A stretch of DNA of 39,117 nucleotides from Catajapyx aquilonaris. Taxonomy: Eukaryota. The stretch spans positions 1-39,117 of the forward strand of contig JYFJ02003659.1 in assembly GCA_000934665.2 (NCBI GenBank). Reading direction: 5' to 3'. This document shows, in pieces, positions 1 to 10,812 of the stretch. The notes beneath the pieces were generated by a model. It was given only the letters and a program-made list of their open reading frames with translations. It did not search any database and was not told where the DNA came from. Made by a program: the position numbers and the translations under genes. How positions within the stretch are numbered: the stretch's first letter is position 1; every line of letters starts with the position of its first letter.

Positions 1-265
1 GTTTACCAGTAGGCCCATGCCAGAAGGCTTGGAGATTCTAATATATGATGCATATTGTGTCATAAAACCTTTGCGCTTTGGCAAAACGACATGGCCTAGC
101 TAGTAGAATAGGCAGTATTTAGCGCCTGATCCCATCCATGATTCTGTCAGCAGGAAACAATGGTTTAGCGAATGCCCCCCTTTGCCCACCTCCTCCTCTC
201 AACCATCTGGTCTCCTCTTGTTACGTACGTAAGCATATCAATTCTATATCGTCGCGCCTTCCGAC

Positions 266-364
266 GAAGAGTACCGAAGAGTACCAAGGTGTACCAAGGA
301 GTACCAAGGAGTACCAAAGGAGTACCGAAGAGTACCACTGCAGGTGTACACCGGAGTACCGAAG
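266..364. repeat. Minisatellite, ~10-bp unit (GAGTACCAAG/GAGTACCGAA)
   Basis: About 8-9 imperfect tandem copies of GTACC(A/G)A(A/G)GA read directly; explains the repetitive STEEY/VPRST short ORFs. Confidence 0.85.
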
Positions 365-632
365 TGATTACCCCCTTGGATTCAGCCCTGCTTGTGTTTC
401 CTGATTAATCCTGTTAACATTGCCGTGCATTGCGTCCACTGTTTTTATCCATGCATGAAAGTGCAGAGTTGTGGAATTTTCGTCCTGCTGCTAAAGGTTA
501 AGTTGACCCTCTCACCTATAGTCAACAACCTGAAAACATGGTGGCCCATGATAATTATTTTGGAAGAACTCTGACTCAAAAAACAGGTTGATATCTTAAA
601 TTTAGCAGAAGGACCAAAAAATCACAGATGCC

Positions 633-1796
633 ATGGCATCTGTGATGCAGTCTTTAGAATTTCTTCAAAGCGACTCTCCCATATCATTTCAGGATGAAAA
701 TTACCTGGCATGCTGCGTAGGGAGCAAACTCTTCTATGTGACGTACTCCCAGGAAGATTGGTTGAAAGGGCCAAACATGTCCATCACCCTGGCAGGAGTC
801 TCCACACTCAACTTATGTTACTCACGTGCCACTTTGAACTCGCCGTTGGGGAGTCCTGTAAATCCTTTCATGCACCAAACCCCATACCACATCTTCAAAC
901 AGTGCAGGTCGACAATGATTCTGCACTACACCTCAGTGTCGAGCCCCCGAACATCTTGGTTTACTGCTGTTGATGCCGTCATGAATTACTGTGCAGATCA
1001 TGAAGCGGACATTCAATGTATTGAAAATATCAAAACCCTGATGAGCAAGGGTTTTGACGCCGCCAGAACGGTCATCCAAGATGCCAGCTCCAACCAGGAA
1101 ATATTTGGCATATGGCTGACAGATGCCATTCCAAGATGGCTTGGCATCATGCTTCGACTTTGTCCAATCCAGGAATCCGGCCTGCTCTCTTCGTTGAAGA
1201 CTACCTTCAAATCAAAAATTCCGCCTATCAGCGCCGCAATATTTCCATATGGGATAGATATCTGGCGAATGGAGATGCAGTGCTCCGTAATATTTGATGC
1301 AATCACTTTCTATAGGCAGTTCAACACAGAGACCCTGAACACAATGCTCCTTGCAAATCCGATGGTCTGGGAGAAGCCTAAGTACAATGGTACTGCAGTG
1401 GCAGTTGCTCAGAGCATCATACAACATATGCTGGATAATGATTATGCCGCTTCGTTCATGCGAATGAGTGGTGCCACTGAAAAACTGTTGAACCTGATGT
1501 CACGCTCATTGCACCTGACCAGACCTATCGACATGTCTTGTGATAATCCACTGAAATTGTTGGAAATAGAGTGGAATCTCCAAATGTCGAAGTCAATCCT
1601 TGATGTGATCATCAGGGAAGGTGAAAATGCGGAGTATGAGTATTGGAAGCGTGTGGTCCATTCTGTCATCTTATCCACCTATTACAACCTCTGGTGGTCG
1701 CACTCAATTGAGCCACGGACTGAGAAGCACGTGGTAATATGGGAACAGATACGTAAGTACAGTGTACATCACCACCTTGAAATATGCTTGCAATAG
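633..1796 (+). CDS. Intronless 387-aa ORF of unknown function (orphan; possible endogenised viral gene or retrogene)
   Basis: By far the longest ORF in an AT-rich window; GCCATGG Kozak context; in-frame stop at 603-605; non-repetitive, globular-protein-like composition. No family recognised. Confidence 0.55.
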   Translation: MASVMQSLEFLQSDSPISFQDENYLACCVGSKLFYVTYSQEDWLKGPNMSITLAGVSTLNLCYSRATLNSPLGSPVNPFMHQTPYHIFKQCRSTMILHYTSVSSPRTSWFTAVDAVMNYCADHEADIQCIENIKTLMSKGFDAARTVIQDASSNQEIFGIWLTDAIPRWLGIMLRLCPIQESGLLSSLKTTFKSKIPPISAAIFPYGIDIWRMEMQCSVIFDAITFYRQFNTETLNTMLLANPMVWEKPKYNGTAVAVAQSIIQHMLDNDYAASFMRMSGATEKLLNLMSRSLHLTRPIDMSCDNPLKLLEIEWNLQMSKSILDVIIREGENAEYEYWKRVVHSVILSTYYNLWWSHSIEPRTEKHVVIWEQIRKYSVHHHLEICLQ

Positions 1797-2251
1797 AACA
1801 TAACATGGAAAAATGTTATTTGCAGGGGAAATTATTTGGCCTGCTTGGGATATTGCACGTCATATATGTCTCACCCGTGAATGTATAGACTGCGCAAACT
1901 TGTATGATCACTGCAGTTCCAAGCTGGTCATTCAAGCATTCCACCAACAAGTAAGAAATCTTGACAATAATTTGACTCCAGTCCATTGCATTCAAATGAG
2001 GGTGGGTAAACATAATTTCAATATATACAGTATATTTGCACTATTATAACCCAATTGGACTGTCTGGGAATGGTAATTACTTTATTACCTACTATTATTC
2101 TGATAACTAATCTTTACAGTATCCACCTACTGCTGGAGCTGCTGACATGACATCATTGACATGAGCTCATCACAGCACCCAAGACAACATATGCTCAACT
2201 GTATGTCGTATGAGCAGCAGAATATGATAGTAATTTCAAATTACCCTACAT

Positions 2252-2627
2252 CAGGGATGGGCAAACTTTTTTCTCCGTGGGCTGCATAGAGATTTTTTAA
2301 AAATTGACGGGCCGCATCTAACCAAAGAAATTCAACTTATAAAAATGTTTACAATATTATATATCATCGTTTCAAATGAACTTCCATTAATTGCATAAAT
2401 TATCATTAAATTCTCTGAAAATCGATAAAATTAGCTAAATATATCAATGAAAATGACCTGTATAAATAAAAAAAACTATTTTTGTGAATTTAAAAGAATT
2501 AAAAAGAAAGGCGCAGGCATAAAATTTCGCAATGTTAATTTTTCAACATTTTCAGGAATACCGATTTTCCGCAGGCCACACAAATAAATTGTCTTCCGGC
2601 CCGCGGGCCGTAATTTGCCCACCCCTG
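2252..2627. mobile_element. hAT (Charlie-like) MITE
   Basis: TIRs CAGGGATGGGCAAA / TTTGCCCACCCCTG; 8-bp TSD CCCTACAT (2244-2251) / GCCTACAT (2628-2635); subterminal GGCCCGCGGGCC motif. Confidence 0.9.
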
Positions 2628-3535
2628 GCCTACATGATAGCTAAACCATGTTGTAGGAAAAATAAGGTCTTGTAAATCCTGTGTAAATCTCCTTACGCAC
2701 ACACTGGATTATAGCCTATCACCATGGATTTAGATTGGGTTGTTGGTCACCAATTTGCAAAATTCTATGCTTATCTGATTAAGTACTTTTCATAGTTTTC
2801 TCCTGCTATGTTTCTTTACAATGAAATTTTATATCAGTATAATCCGTGCCCTTAGTGAACAATAATGGAAATGTTTTATGTTCTTATAAGTTACTATGAG
2901 TTACTAACCATTAAATCACAGCGAATCATCTCCCATTCCCGAGGAGATAATGTGAGCCTTATATGGTATTCATGACATTTCACAAGCACAAGATGGGAGT
3001 AAAAAGTCTAAATAGTAGCAAAGTTATAGTCCAGGCTATTTCTGGTGTCTTCAGCATGTCCTATATTCCAGTCCTAATGTGATAACATTGGGAAATAATT
3101 CCCTCCAGAATACGTGGAGTTGTCCTGTCTTGTCAAGGTAAAATACCTATTGTCAGCACAAGGTGCCTCTGATATTATCACATGACAAGCGTGATTCTTA
3201 GCTTGGGACTTAATCGCCTATGCTATCACATTTAGTTTGTGATTTAGGATCAGGGACATGTATGACGATGGGTCAGAGATGTCGCAGGCTTTGGTTGCAC
3301 TATGTAATCATTAACTTAATACAAATGTCAACATATTATTTGAGGTAGGAATTTGTGGTATACCGGTATATTACACAATTTACAACATTTAATTATAAGC
3401 GTGTTAGTAGATGTCCTTAATCTGGGAGAGACTGATTGCTGTGCCTTACATAGCAAAGATGTCCAATCAATTTATACTGTATTGTGTATATTCTTGCCGA
3501 TTCACACATCTCTGCTAACAGAAGCCAAGAGAGTA

Positions 3536-3787
3536 CACTCCCGTGAAAAGTCAAAACCGTCTATCTGCATTTTCGCGGTTTTCCATTTTATAATTTCAAC
3601 ATGGAAGTGAGGGCACCCTCCTGCAATCTGGCGGTGTTAGAATCACCCATCTGCATGAGGATCCGAGATTCAGAGAGGGCAGAACTTATCACACAAACTT
3701 ATGATTTGGGAGAGCTAGGAACTTTAAATGCAATTTACTCAGAAAGTGAATTTTGTCACTTAGAGGGTTTTGACTTTTCACGGGAGT
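3536..3787. mobile_element. Tc1/mariner-type MITE
   Basis: TIR TA|CACTCCCGTGAAAAGTCAAAACC versus GGTTTTGACTTTTCACGGGAGT; right tip slightly eroded. Confidence 0.8.
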
Positions 3788-4230
3788 ACCGAATTCACAT
3801 GGAAAATTTTCCAAGTAATATATGTATTTAAAATATATTTTCTGAAATATTACCGTGGTGTGAATGCAAGGGTATACGGTACGAAAATGAAATAATCATA
3901 TACATGGTGATGAAAAATATTGTCCGAATAATACGGCTATTTGTTGTCGCTAAGTTGCTCATTTCTAAAAGTTATTGTTTCATAAATATTTTAAATGCTT
4001 ACCAAAAGGATTAAGTACTAATTTTACGCCGAAATAATCATCCCTTGAGTATCTTTGAACTGCAAAGTACCGGTATTTCCGATTGAGAATGGCTCATTGG
4101 AACCATTTGCACCTCACAACAATAATGGAACACACTGTGTGCAGCCCAGAACAGTTTGCAGACTTTTAAAAGGTTGGGTAGGTCTACATCATGTAACGTA
4201 ATATTAGCAGGTAATCCGTTTGCTAACCAT

Positions 4231-4558
4231 GGGAGGCCGAGTGGTGCTGCGGTAACGCACGCGCCCACGGATGTTAAGGTCCCGGGTTCGATCCCAGCTC
4301 GGGGTTCCCCCCTTCATCTCGTGCAGAGTTGGGCCATCTCTGACTTCGTCTCGGGTGAAAATTTCCGCTAGACTAATCCACCCGGGGGAGTTCACAAAAT
4401 GACCAATATACGACATTGCACTTGCACATCCCCTCCTACTTACCCTTGGAACAATTAAAAGTTAAAACATAGACATTATGTACGGTTCCAAAACATGGTG
4501 GTATCCCACTCCCCTAGCAAGGGCCCAGGGCCCGATAATGGGGTACAGTAAAAAAAAA
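4231..4558 (+). mobile_element. tRNA-derived SINE with A-rich tail
   Basis: Pol III A box TGGTGCTGCGG and B box GGTTCGATCCC; 3' nested hairpin ending GGGGTA; short poly(A). Confidence 0.8.
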
Positions 4559-4577
4559 CTATGTATAAGTCAATGAT

Positions 4578-4642
4578 AAAATAAGCAGCTTAGTGCCAAC
4601 AAATAGCCATATTAGTTGGACTAGTATTTTGGATCACTTTGT
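4578..4642. repeat. Dispersed repeat fragment (mariner-MITE-like end); second copy at 15305-15375
   Basis: AAAATAAGCAGCTTA...TTTTGGATCACT(T/C)TGT is shared by both sites; the second copy ends CACTCTG|TA. Confidence 0.55.
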
Positions 4643-4886
4643 TTGTTATGATGCTATTATGATGAATTATTACTTGAAGTGCAGGTATGGGTACTGCACA
4701 TAATAATTTTTAGAAGGGTCCAGATACATTTTAGTCTTTGAGTCATTAAATAAATTCTATTACAGATGTCAAGATTGTTTTTGTGATGATGGTTACGGTA
4801 CTATAGATTACACAATACTGCAGGTTTTTTCTAGACTAAGTTACAGGGCACCAGGGAATTATATTATGAGCCGGTTATGCTGTATA

Positions 4887-5348
4887 CAGGGTGTTTCTCT
4901 GGTCAAGTTGACAATTCGAGAAGAGAGAGAGGAATGATCAAATTACTCACTCTTGAGATAGGCCTACCGTACATTCACAGTTTCACACTCCAATCCAGAC
5001 TTAGCAGCCTTTTTTTTGCATTTCAACATTGTTTACATCCACATCACTCACTGTCAGAGGTGAATAGTCTGTCACCATACACATATTCCACTTCTCGCCT
5101 ACTGCCTGTGCGGACCTAGCAGTTTAAATAAATTACAACTACATACTTATGCTAACCTTTTTAAAATTAAAAAAATACATGTTCACATGGAGGGAAGCAT
5201 CTCTTCTGAGATAAATGATACCTCTGATTGCAGCTGTCATCTTAGTTATGAGATTGCTCAGACTAAATGACACCCTGTCATCTACTAAATATGACCCCAC
5301 TTCACAGGAACTATTTATTCCATGAAGTTCGTATTATGAAACACCCTG
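4887..5348. mobile_element. Tc1/mariner-type MITE
   Basis: TA|CAGGGTGTTTC ... GAAACACCCTG|TA: perfect 11-bp TIR with TA TSD. Confidence 0.8.
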
Positions 5349-5736
5349 TAAAAATGCATGCTCTTCTAATATTACAGCCATTTTTATTGTGACTGATAGT
5401 TTGCATTTTTCAGGTCTTCATATATTTTCAGATTCGGGACGGGATGTTCTCTGAATCACCTCAAATTTCTGAACAGATTTGTCTATTAGTATTATGATAA
5501 TATGACACTTAATGTACAAAGTGTAACAACTTACTGTGTGTAACACTGTAAGTACAACAATAATAAAGCATGACAGGCTTAACGTAATTTTAATGTGAAG
5601 ATGATCACGAATGAAGGTGAAACGAAATGACCATTAAGCACAGGTTAACATGATCTGCTGGAACGTGAATTTTTTTAAGCACTTGACATGAAAAGCTCCA
5701 TCTTTTTAGGGAAATTCAGACATCGTCGTAGGCAGC

Positions 5737-5789
5737 CTAGACGATGACAACTCCGGTAAGGTCATCCATCCATGCATCTTCTACTCCAG
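5737..5789 (-). other. Candidate terminal coding exon ((A)GVEDAWMDDLTGVVIV*)
   Basis: Minus-strand TTTTTCCCAAAG acceptor after a (TAT)n tract; phase 1, matching the donor at 6215. No homology recognised. Confidence 0.25.
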
Positions 5790-5802
5790 CTTTGGGAAAA
5801 AC

Positions 5803-5900
<98 letters not shown>
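5803..5900. repeat. (AAT)n microsatellite
   Basis: About 32 perfect copies read directly. Confidence 0.98.
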
Positions 5901-5901
<1 letters not shown>

Positions 5902-6215
5902 GAGAGAAGAGCTTATTCTTATGACTGATGTTCATAACTTCTCAATTCACCGCTAATGGACAGTCAGAAATAAATGTATTTCATAACAATGACAGCATGT
6001 TGAAGCCAATGCAACTGTGTGGGTATCAGAAATGGAGCTTTATAGTATTATTAATTTAGCCATAAAATGGCAGTGGCTTCATAAGCATTTAATGATTAGA
6101 TTAATTGTTAACAATGTTAGCACAATTGTAGCCCATTGTGACGCTATTGCTATTATCTGGTTGAATCTATAATGCAGAGGTATTCAACTAGTTTATGTCA
6201 AGGTCCAGTATTTAC

Positions 6216-6314
6216 CTTTCCTGGGCCATTGAAGGTCCGGACCCACTACGCATATGTTCTGGAACAGGCCTGCACTATATCCACTACACCAACCTGCTTC
6301 GGTGGGATTGTTGA
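6216..6314 (-). other. Candidate 99-nt internal exon (phase 1-1)
   Basis: Pyrimidine-rich acceptor TTTTCTGGCCTACCCTTTGTTATAG and donor AAG|GTAAAT; open only in the phase-1 frame (NNPTEAGWCSGYSAGLFQNICVVGPDLQWPRK). Confidence 0.3.
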
Positions 6315-7810
6315 CTATAACAAAGGGTAGGCCAGAAAATATAGTGGGTATCAGCCAACAGAAAAGTACCGAAATTCCACTCATTTGTCATTATTTAGTT
6401 AACTGCTAGTTATCAACTGCTACGAAACTGTCATTTCGTCACAAGACCATGAAAAAAGTGGGCTTTATTAATGTAATGAAGACATTTATTTGATTAGCAA
6501 TATAATCATATTGTAATAAACGCACTGCAAAGCCACTAGATCCATGTTAAACAGTCCCATCATAGCCCTATGTGACTCAAGTAGGATTTATTTATGTCGT
6601 TAAAAACCATGGCACTATAATACGATCAGATCTGTTGAATTCCATTCTGATGAACAAGTGGACTCGCTATGGCGCGTTTTACACTAGAGACTCCTGAATG
6701 TCAAGTCGTGTCTGCCAACTTGGTTCAAACAATAATACTCGTAATTCAGCAGCCCATAACTGGATATAGCGTACTAAAGCCTACGTATTAATTTAGCAAT
6801 AGTTTATTATGTTAGCCTTGGCATACCTGAAACCTGGCATATCGCACATTTGCACGATGATCTCCGGCTGTATACCGAAACAGACAACGCAGCATAAGGG
6901 GCTGAATGTCTCACACTCGTCATGAGGCTTCTTACACAGCACAATCCGGGTGACCACGGACCTCACTAAGTCAAAGACTCGCTGGAGCATGCTTCCAAAA
7001 ACAGATAGGGTGTCCATCGGCCCACACACAGTATCAAAAATCCGATCAAAAATGTGATAAAGTGCCATTGTGGCTTAATCGAACACTGATTCGGTGTGAC
7101 AGCCCACTATTGATTCCATTGTTGATTTTCATATGGCTACAGTGACTATTGCTATTCATTTGTTTTTCAACTAGCTCTTGCTTCTTCATTTCATTTCTTG
7201 GTCTACTGCATGACAATTTTTTTTTTCTTTCTTAGCGCAAAATGTGATCCAGATCGATTTCAGTGAGGAAAGGGCTTTTACGCTGCACATTTATTTATTT
7301 AATAGTAGACGATGCGACGCGGCGTGACAGTTTTTTTCAACCCGCAGTGAAAAGTATTTGTTGCAATGAATGCCGCGTTCAATAGTATAATTAAAAATAA
7401 TTATATTCTGGGCAATATATATTTTTAAACTTTACAACACACAAGCCTCGGCGAATGATTATAATCGGTAACTCATTGTTCCAAAAGTTAGAAATGAGGA
7501 TACGTCAAAGCAGCTGTCATCATAACGATAGAACAGTAGAAAATAAATAGGGCCTACAGCAACAAAAGTAACATGTAACAAACGTAAAATTCAGATGTAA
7601 TTATCTGGTCTTACATGTCTCAGTTCATAAATATTGAGACAGGTGAGCGTTCCATTTACGCGGTAACTCCAAAATGGCGCAATATATAGCAAATAAATTT
7701 TCCCTCCAAACTGTGCGGTTTTATCCTGTGTTTCCATGTGATTGTAGTAAAAAAAATGTTTCTAGTCAATGTCTGGTATAGATAAAATTGAGAAGAAAGT
7801 CAGAAATTAT

Positions 7811-7811
<1 letters not shown>

Positions 7812-7854
<43 letters not shown>

Positions 7855-8128
7855 AAAAATACCCCGTGACAGGGCGGAGCCCTCTTAGGGGTGAAGAGGG
7901 AGGTTCCCAAGGGAGGGCACTGTAATTATATATAGTCATTTCTGACTGTGAAATACACCAGACCTTTTCACTTGGCCATGGGCAGAGTAGGGAGTGCAAT
8001 TCTGCCCCGGCATGTCGGGTGAAAAGCGGAAAAAGACCCGGCCAAGCAGAGGTGACGGGGACTGGATTTGAACCCCGGCCTACCGCTTGGCTGGCCAGTG
8101 GCGTAACCACCAGACCACCATGCCTCCC
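7812..8128 (-). mobile_element. tRNA-derived SINE with (AAC)n tail
   Basis: Minus strand: A box TGGTCTGGTGG, B box GGTTCAAATCC, 3' hairpin ending CACGGGGTA, (AAC)n tail; TSD TCAGAAATTAT(T)ATTGTTGTTG at about 7800 and 8129. Confidence 0.88.
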
Positions 8129-8299
8129 TCAGAAATTATTATTGTTGTTGTTGTTAATTTCGCGCTCAGTTGCTTGAGAAAATACCATGAGGTTATCTGG
8201 CCACAACACTACAATATACATCAGGCTTCATAATGCAGAGATTGGAGCACCTATCCCATAGCATTGTAATAATGTGAGTGTGGGCAGGGTAAAGGGGGT

Positions 8300-8570
8300 A
8301 CATAGAAGTAGCGATGATTGTGCTGCCAAGTCCGCAAGCGCTGCTCTACACCTGTTGGATTGGGGGCGGGGAGATCGGAGAGCTGACGGGGGCCTTCCCT
8401 ACCACAGTACTTGGCCTGTACCTTGGACAACTCAGATGGCCCGGGTTGTCGGAGCCACGCGTTTCGTGCTCTCTGGAGGACGGCGGCTTTTATTGTGCAC
8501 GCCTCAAGTCATGGCGGGATTCACCCACAGATATTTAAAGGAGTTGGACGCATTCTAATCTCAGGTGAGT
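8300..8570 (+). promoter_or_regulatory. GC-rich candidate promoter / non-coding first exon ending at a strong donor
   Basis: Locally GC/CpG-rich, GGGGCGGGG box near 8362, CAG|GTGAGT donor at 8564/8565. A link to the TMEM200-like exon is inference. Confidence 0.3.
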
Positions 8571-10780
8571 TACATTACTTTCCGTGTCTGTGGAAAGCCT
8601 CTACACAAACATTTTGTTGTTAGCCGGCACTCGGACTTTTCATTATGGTAATTTTCGAATATTAGGCCCCTATCGTAACTTTACTTTTTTCAAGGGTCAT
8701 TGGGCAAGATTGTTATAAACTAAATATTTTGACACCAAATGTCACTGAAGAGATAAAGAGGAGTCGTTCAAATATTTTCTTTGAATAAACTGTATTAATT
8801 TCATATTTTGGTCCTGAATAACTAAAGCGTGCACATACGTTATATGCAATCGCTGGTGAAATGTAGGTAAAATGCATTTTTCCGTAATAAGAGCTCGGTA
8901 CTGAATGTGCTAACAAGGTTATCAGCACCTGTTAAATAGCTGTTTCCGCTTGTTTCAAACACCGCACCGGTTCAAACGTCATGACCAAGCATACAGTAAC
9001 TTTCCAGCTTTTCATTTCAATCGAATGCATAATGTTGAATTTTTCAAAAGTTGGAACATATAACTACAGCACACATTTACTGTATACTCGTGCATACCTA
9101 ACTGCGGAAAACCAATAAAACTCATATCAAACTTTAAAACCTTCATCATGCTCTAAACCCTGTAAACGCAATCCCACAAACTCAATCCCACAAACTCAAT
9201 TTTAAAGCCTTTATGTTGTAACGGCCTTGGGTCCGCCCCGGGTCCGCCCCTTACTAGCTCATACCAAGAAAACTCCGTGGGTTTCTTGAGCACTGCTATT
9301 TATTGAGCATCATTGGTCCCAAGCTGAGTACAGACTGCCCCCTTGTCGGCTTGTCACTCTACAACCCAGACCCTCTGGGAGGGGAAGGTCGGGTCCCAGC
9401 ACCCACCAACAGGAGGGTGGTCAGGGTCAAACTCTTACAATGTTGACATGATTTTTTTTAATGTGCCGTATTTTGGAAGGCATATCAACCAAGTGTTGTT
9501 TATTCGCCACCTCTTAGTAAATCTGTTTCATTTTCATTATTACATACCACCGCAAATAATAAGACATTGTGATTTAAAATTTAAAATATGGGGCTGAAAT
9601 ACACCGTATCCACATTGCAGAGAATAGGATATTATCAATTCATCATACTATTGCAAATTTAAAATGCAAAACCTAATGCAAATTAAATTACATTCTTTTG
9701 TAAAAAGAATTATCAGGTATCAGATTTCCAGATATGCAAGTTCCAAAACGTAATTAATATGCTCTCTCTGAAAACCAAAATCTTAACCAGCTTCAACTTA
9801 ACTGGTACTCATAGTAACATTTAAATCAGCAATAATAACGTACCCTATACTAACTTGTCCTGCGCATACATAAATTTACTTTTATACCTGTATATTACTT
9901 GAGCGCTCTTTCAGTTAGTCATCCAAAAATATTACGAGCTCGTAATAATAATATACATATTTAAAATATCTGTAGTTTTCAGTTAACTGACAGTAACGGT
10001 ATCCATTGGGGCATCTTTAACTGTAGGCTGTCATCCTGCTTGTATCAAAAAATATAGGAAAGCTCATAGCCTAAAGTTAAATGTGAAAAAACATCGTTCA
10101 TTTAAGAAAAAACCATGCGCGTTGTTTGTGCAATATACTGTAATTATCGAGAATGATATTTACCATCACTGCAGGGGCTGGTACACACTGTATGTCAGAA
10201 CTTTTTGAGGCACTTCTTAGGCCTATTTGTAATTCTTTTCATCATTTGCCTTCCGTTGCATTAATTGCACGTAAGTACACATGCAGCCAGATAATCATAT
10301 GCAGTGGAGTCAACAATGCAACTGCACAATTTCCAATATTGATCATCCCACACTACAGGATGTTGCTGTGCTCCAGTGTAATTAGGTCATGTTGGGTTGT
10401 AGGCAAGTATATTGTTGAAATCTACCAAGCCATGGCACACGCACTTGAAATGGACGAATCCCTTTACATTGTAGGTAAATATTCAAGCGTATAATGTAAA
10501 ATCAATATCGATATCACTGTTAATTTAACCTGTAATTCCCAGGCGATTTGTGATTGTAAAAAATAGTTTCACAGCTTGTAATCGCATTTAGCAAGCGTCA
10601 TGATTATGCAACAATATTGGCAGCATGGAAAAGCGCTTATGAAGCAGAATCTATGTGCTAAGTTATACACACATGACAATGTCCATTGGGCCCGATATAC
10701 CCCGGCCCGGTCAATATATCGCGCTTACAATTCCCTTCAGGTCATGGAACCGTTAAATGATGATTATTATAGGCCTTTTT

Positions 10781-10812
10781 ACATCATCATCATCATGATC
10801 ATCATCATCATC
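10781..10812. repeat. (CAT)n microsatellite, possibly the tail of a minus-strand retroposon
   Basis: Imperfect CAT repeats read directly. Confidence 0.8.

Noticed and set aside
266..364. Regular short repeats as a CRISPR array
   Set aside because: Contiguous 10-bp units with no spacers, in a eukaryotic context; this is a minisatellite.
575..1812. Rhabdovirus-like gene start/stop signals (AAAAAACAGG; CATGGAAAAA) around the 387-aa ORF
   Set aside because: They do not match the AACAGnnATC or ATGA7 consensus well and are expected by chance in AT-rich DNA.
9168..9250. Short tandem duplications (CAATCCCACAAACT x2, GGGTCCGCCCC x2; also ATTGAAGTATGGG x2 at 38488)
   Set aside because: Ordinary slippage duplications with no supporting context.
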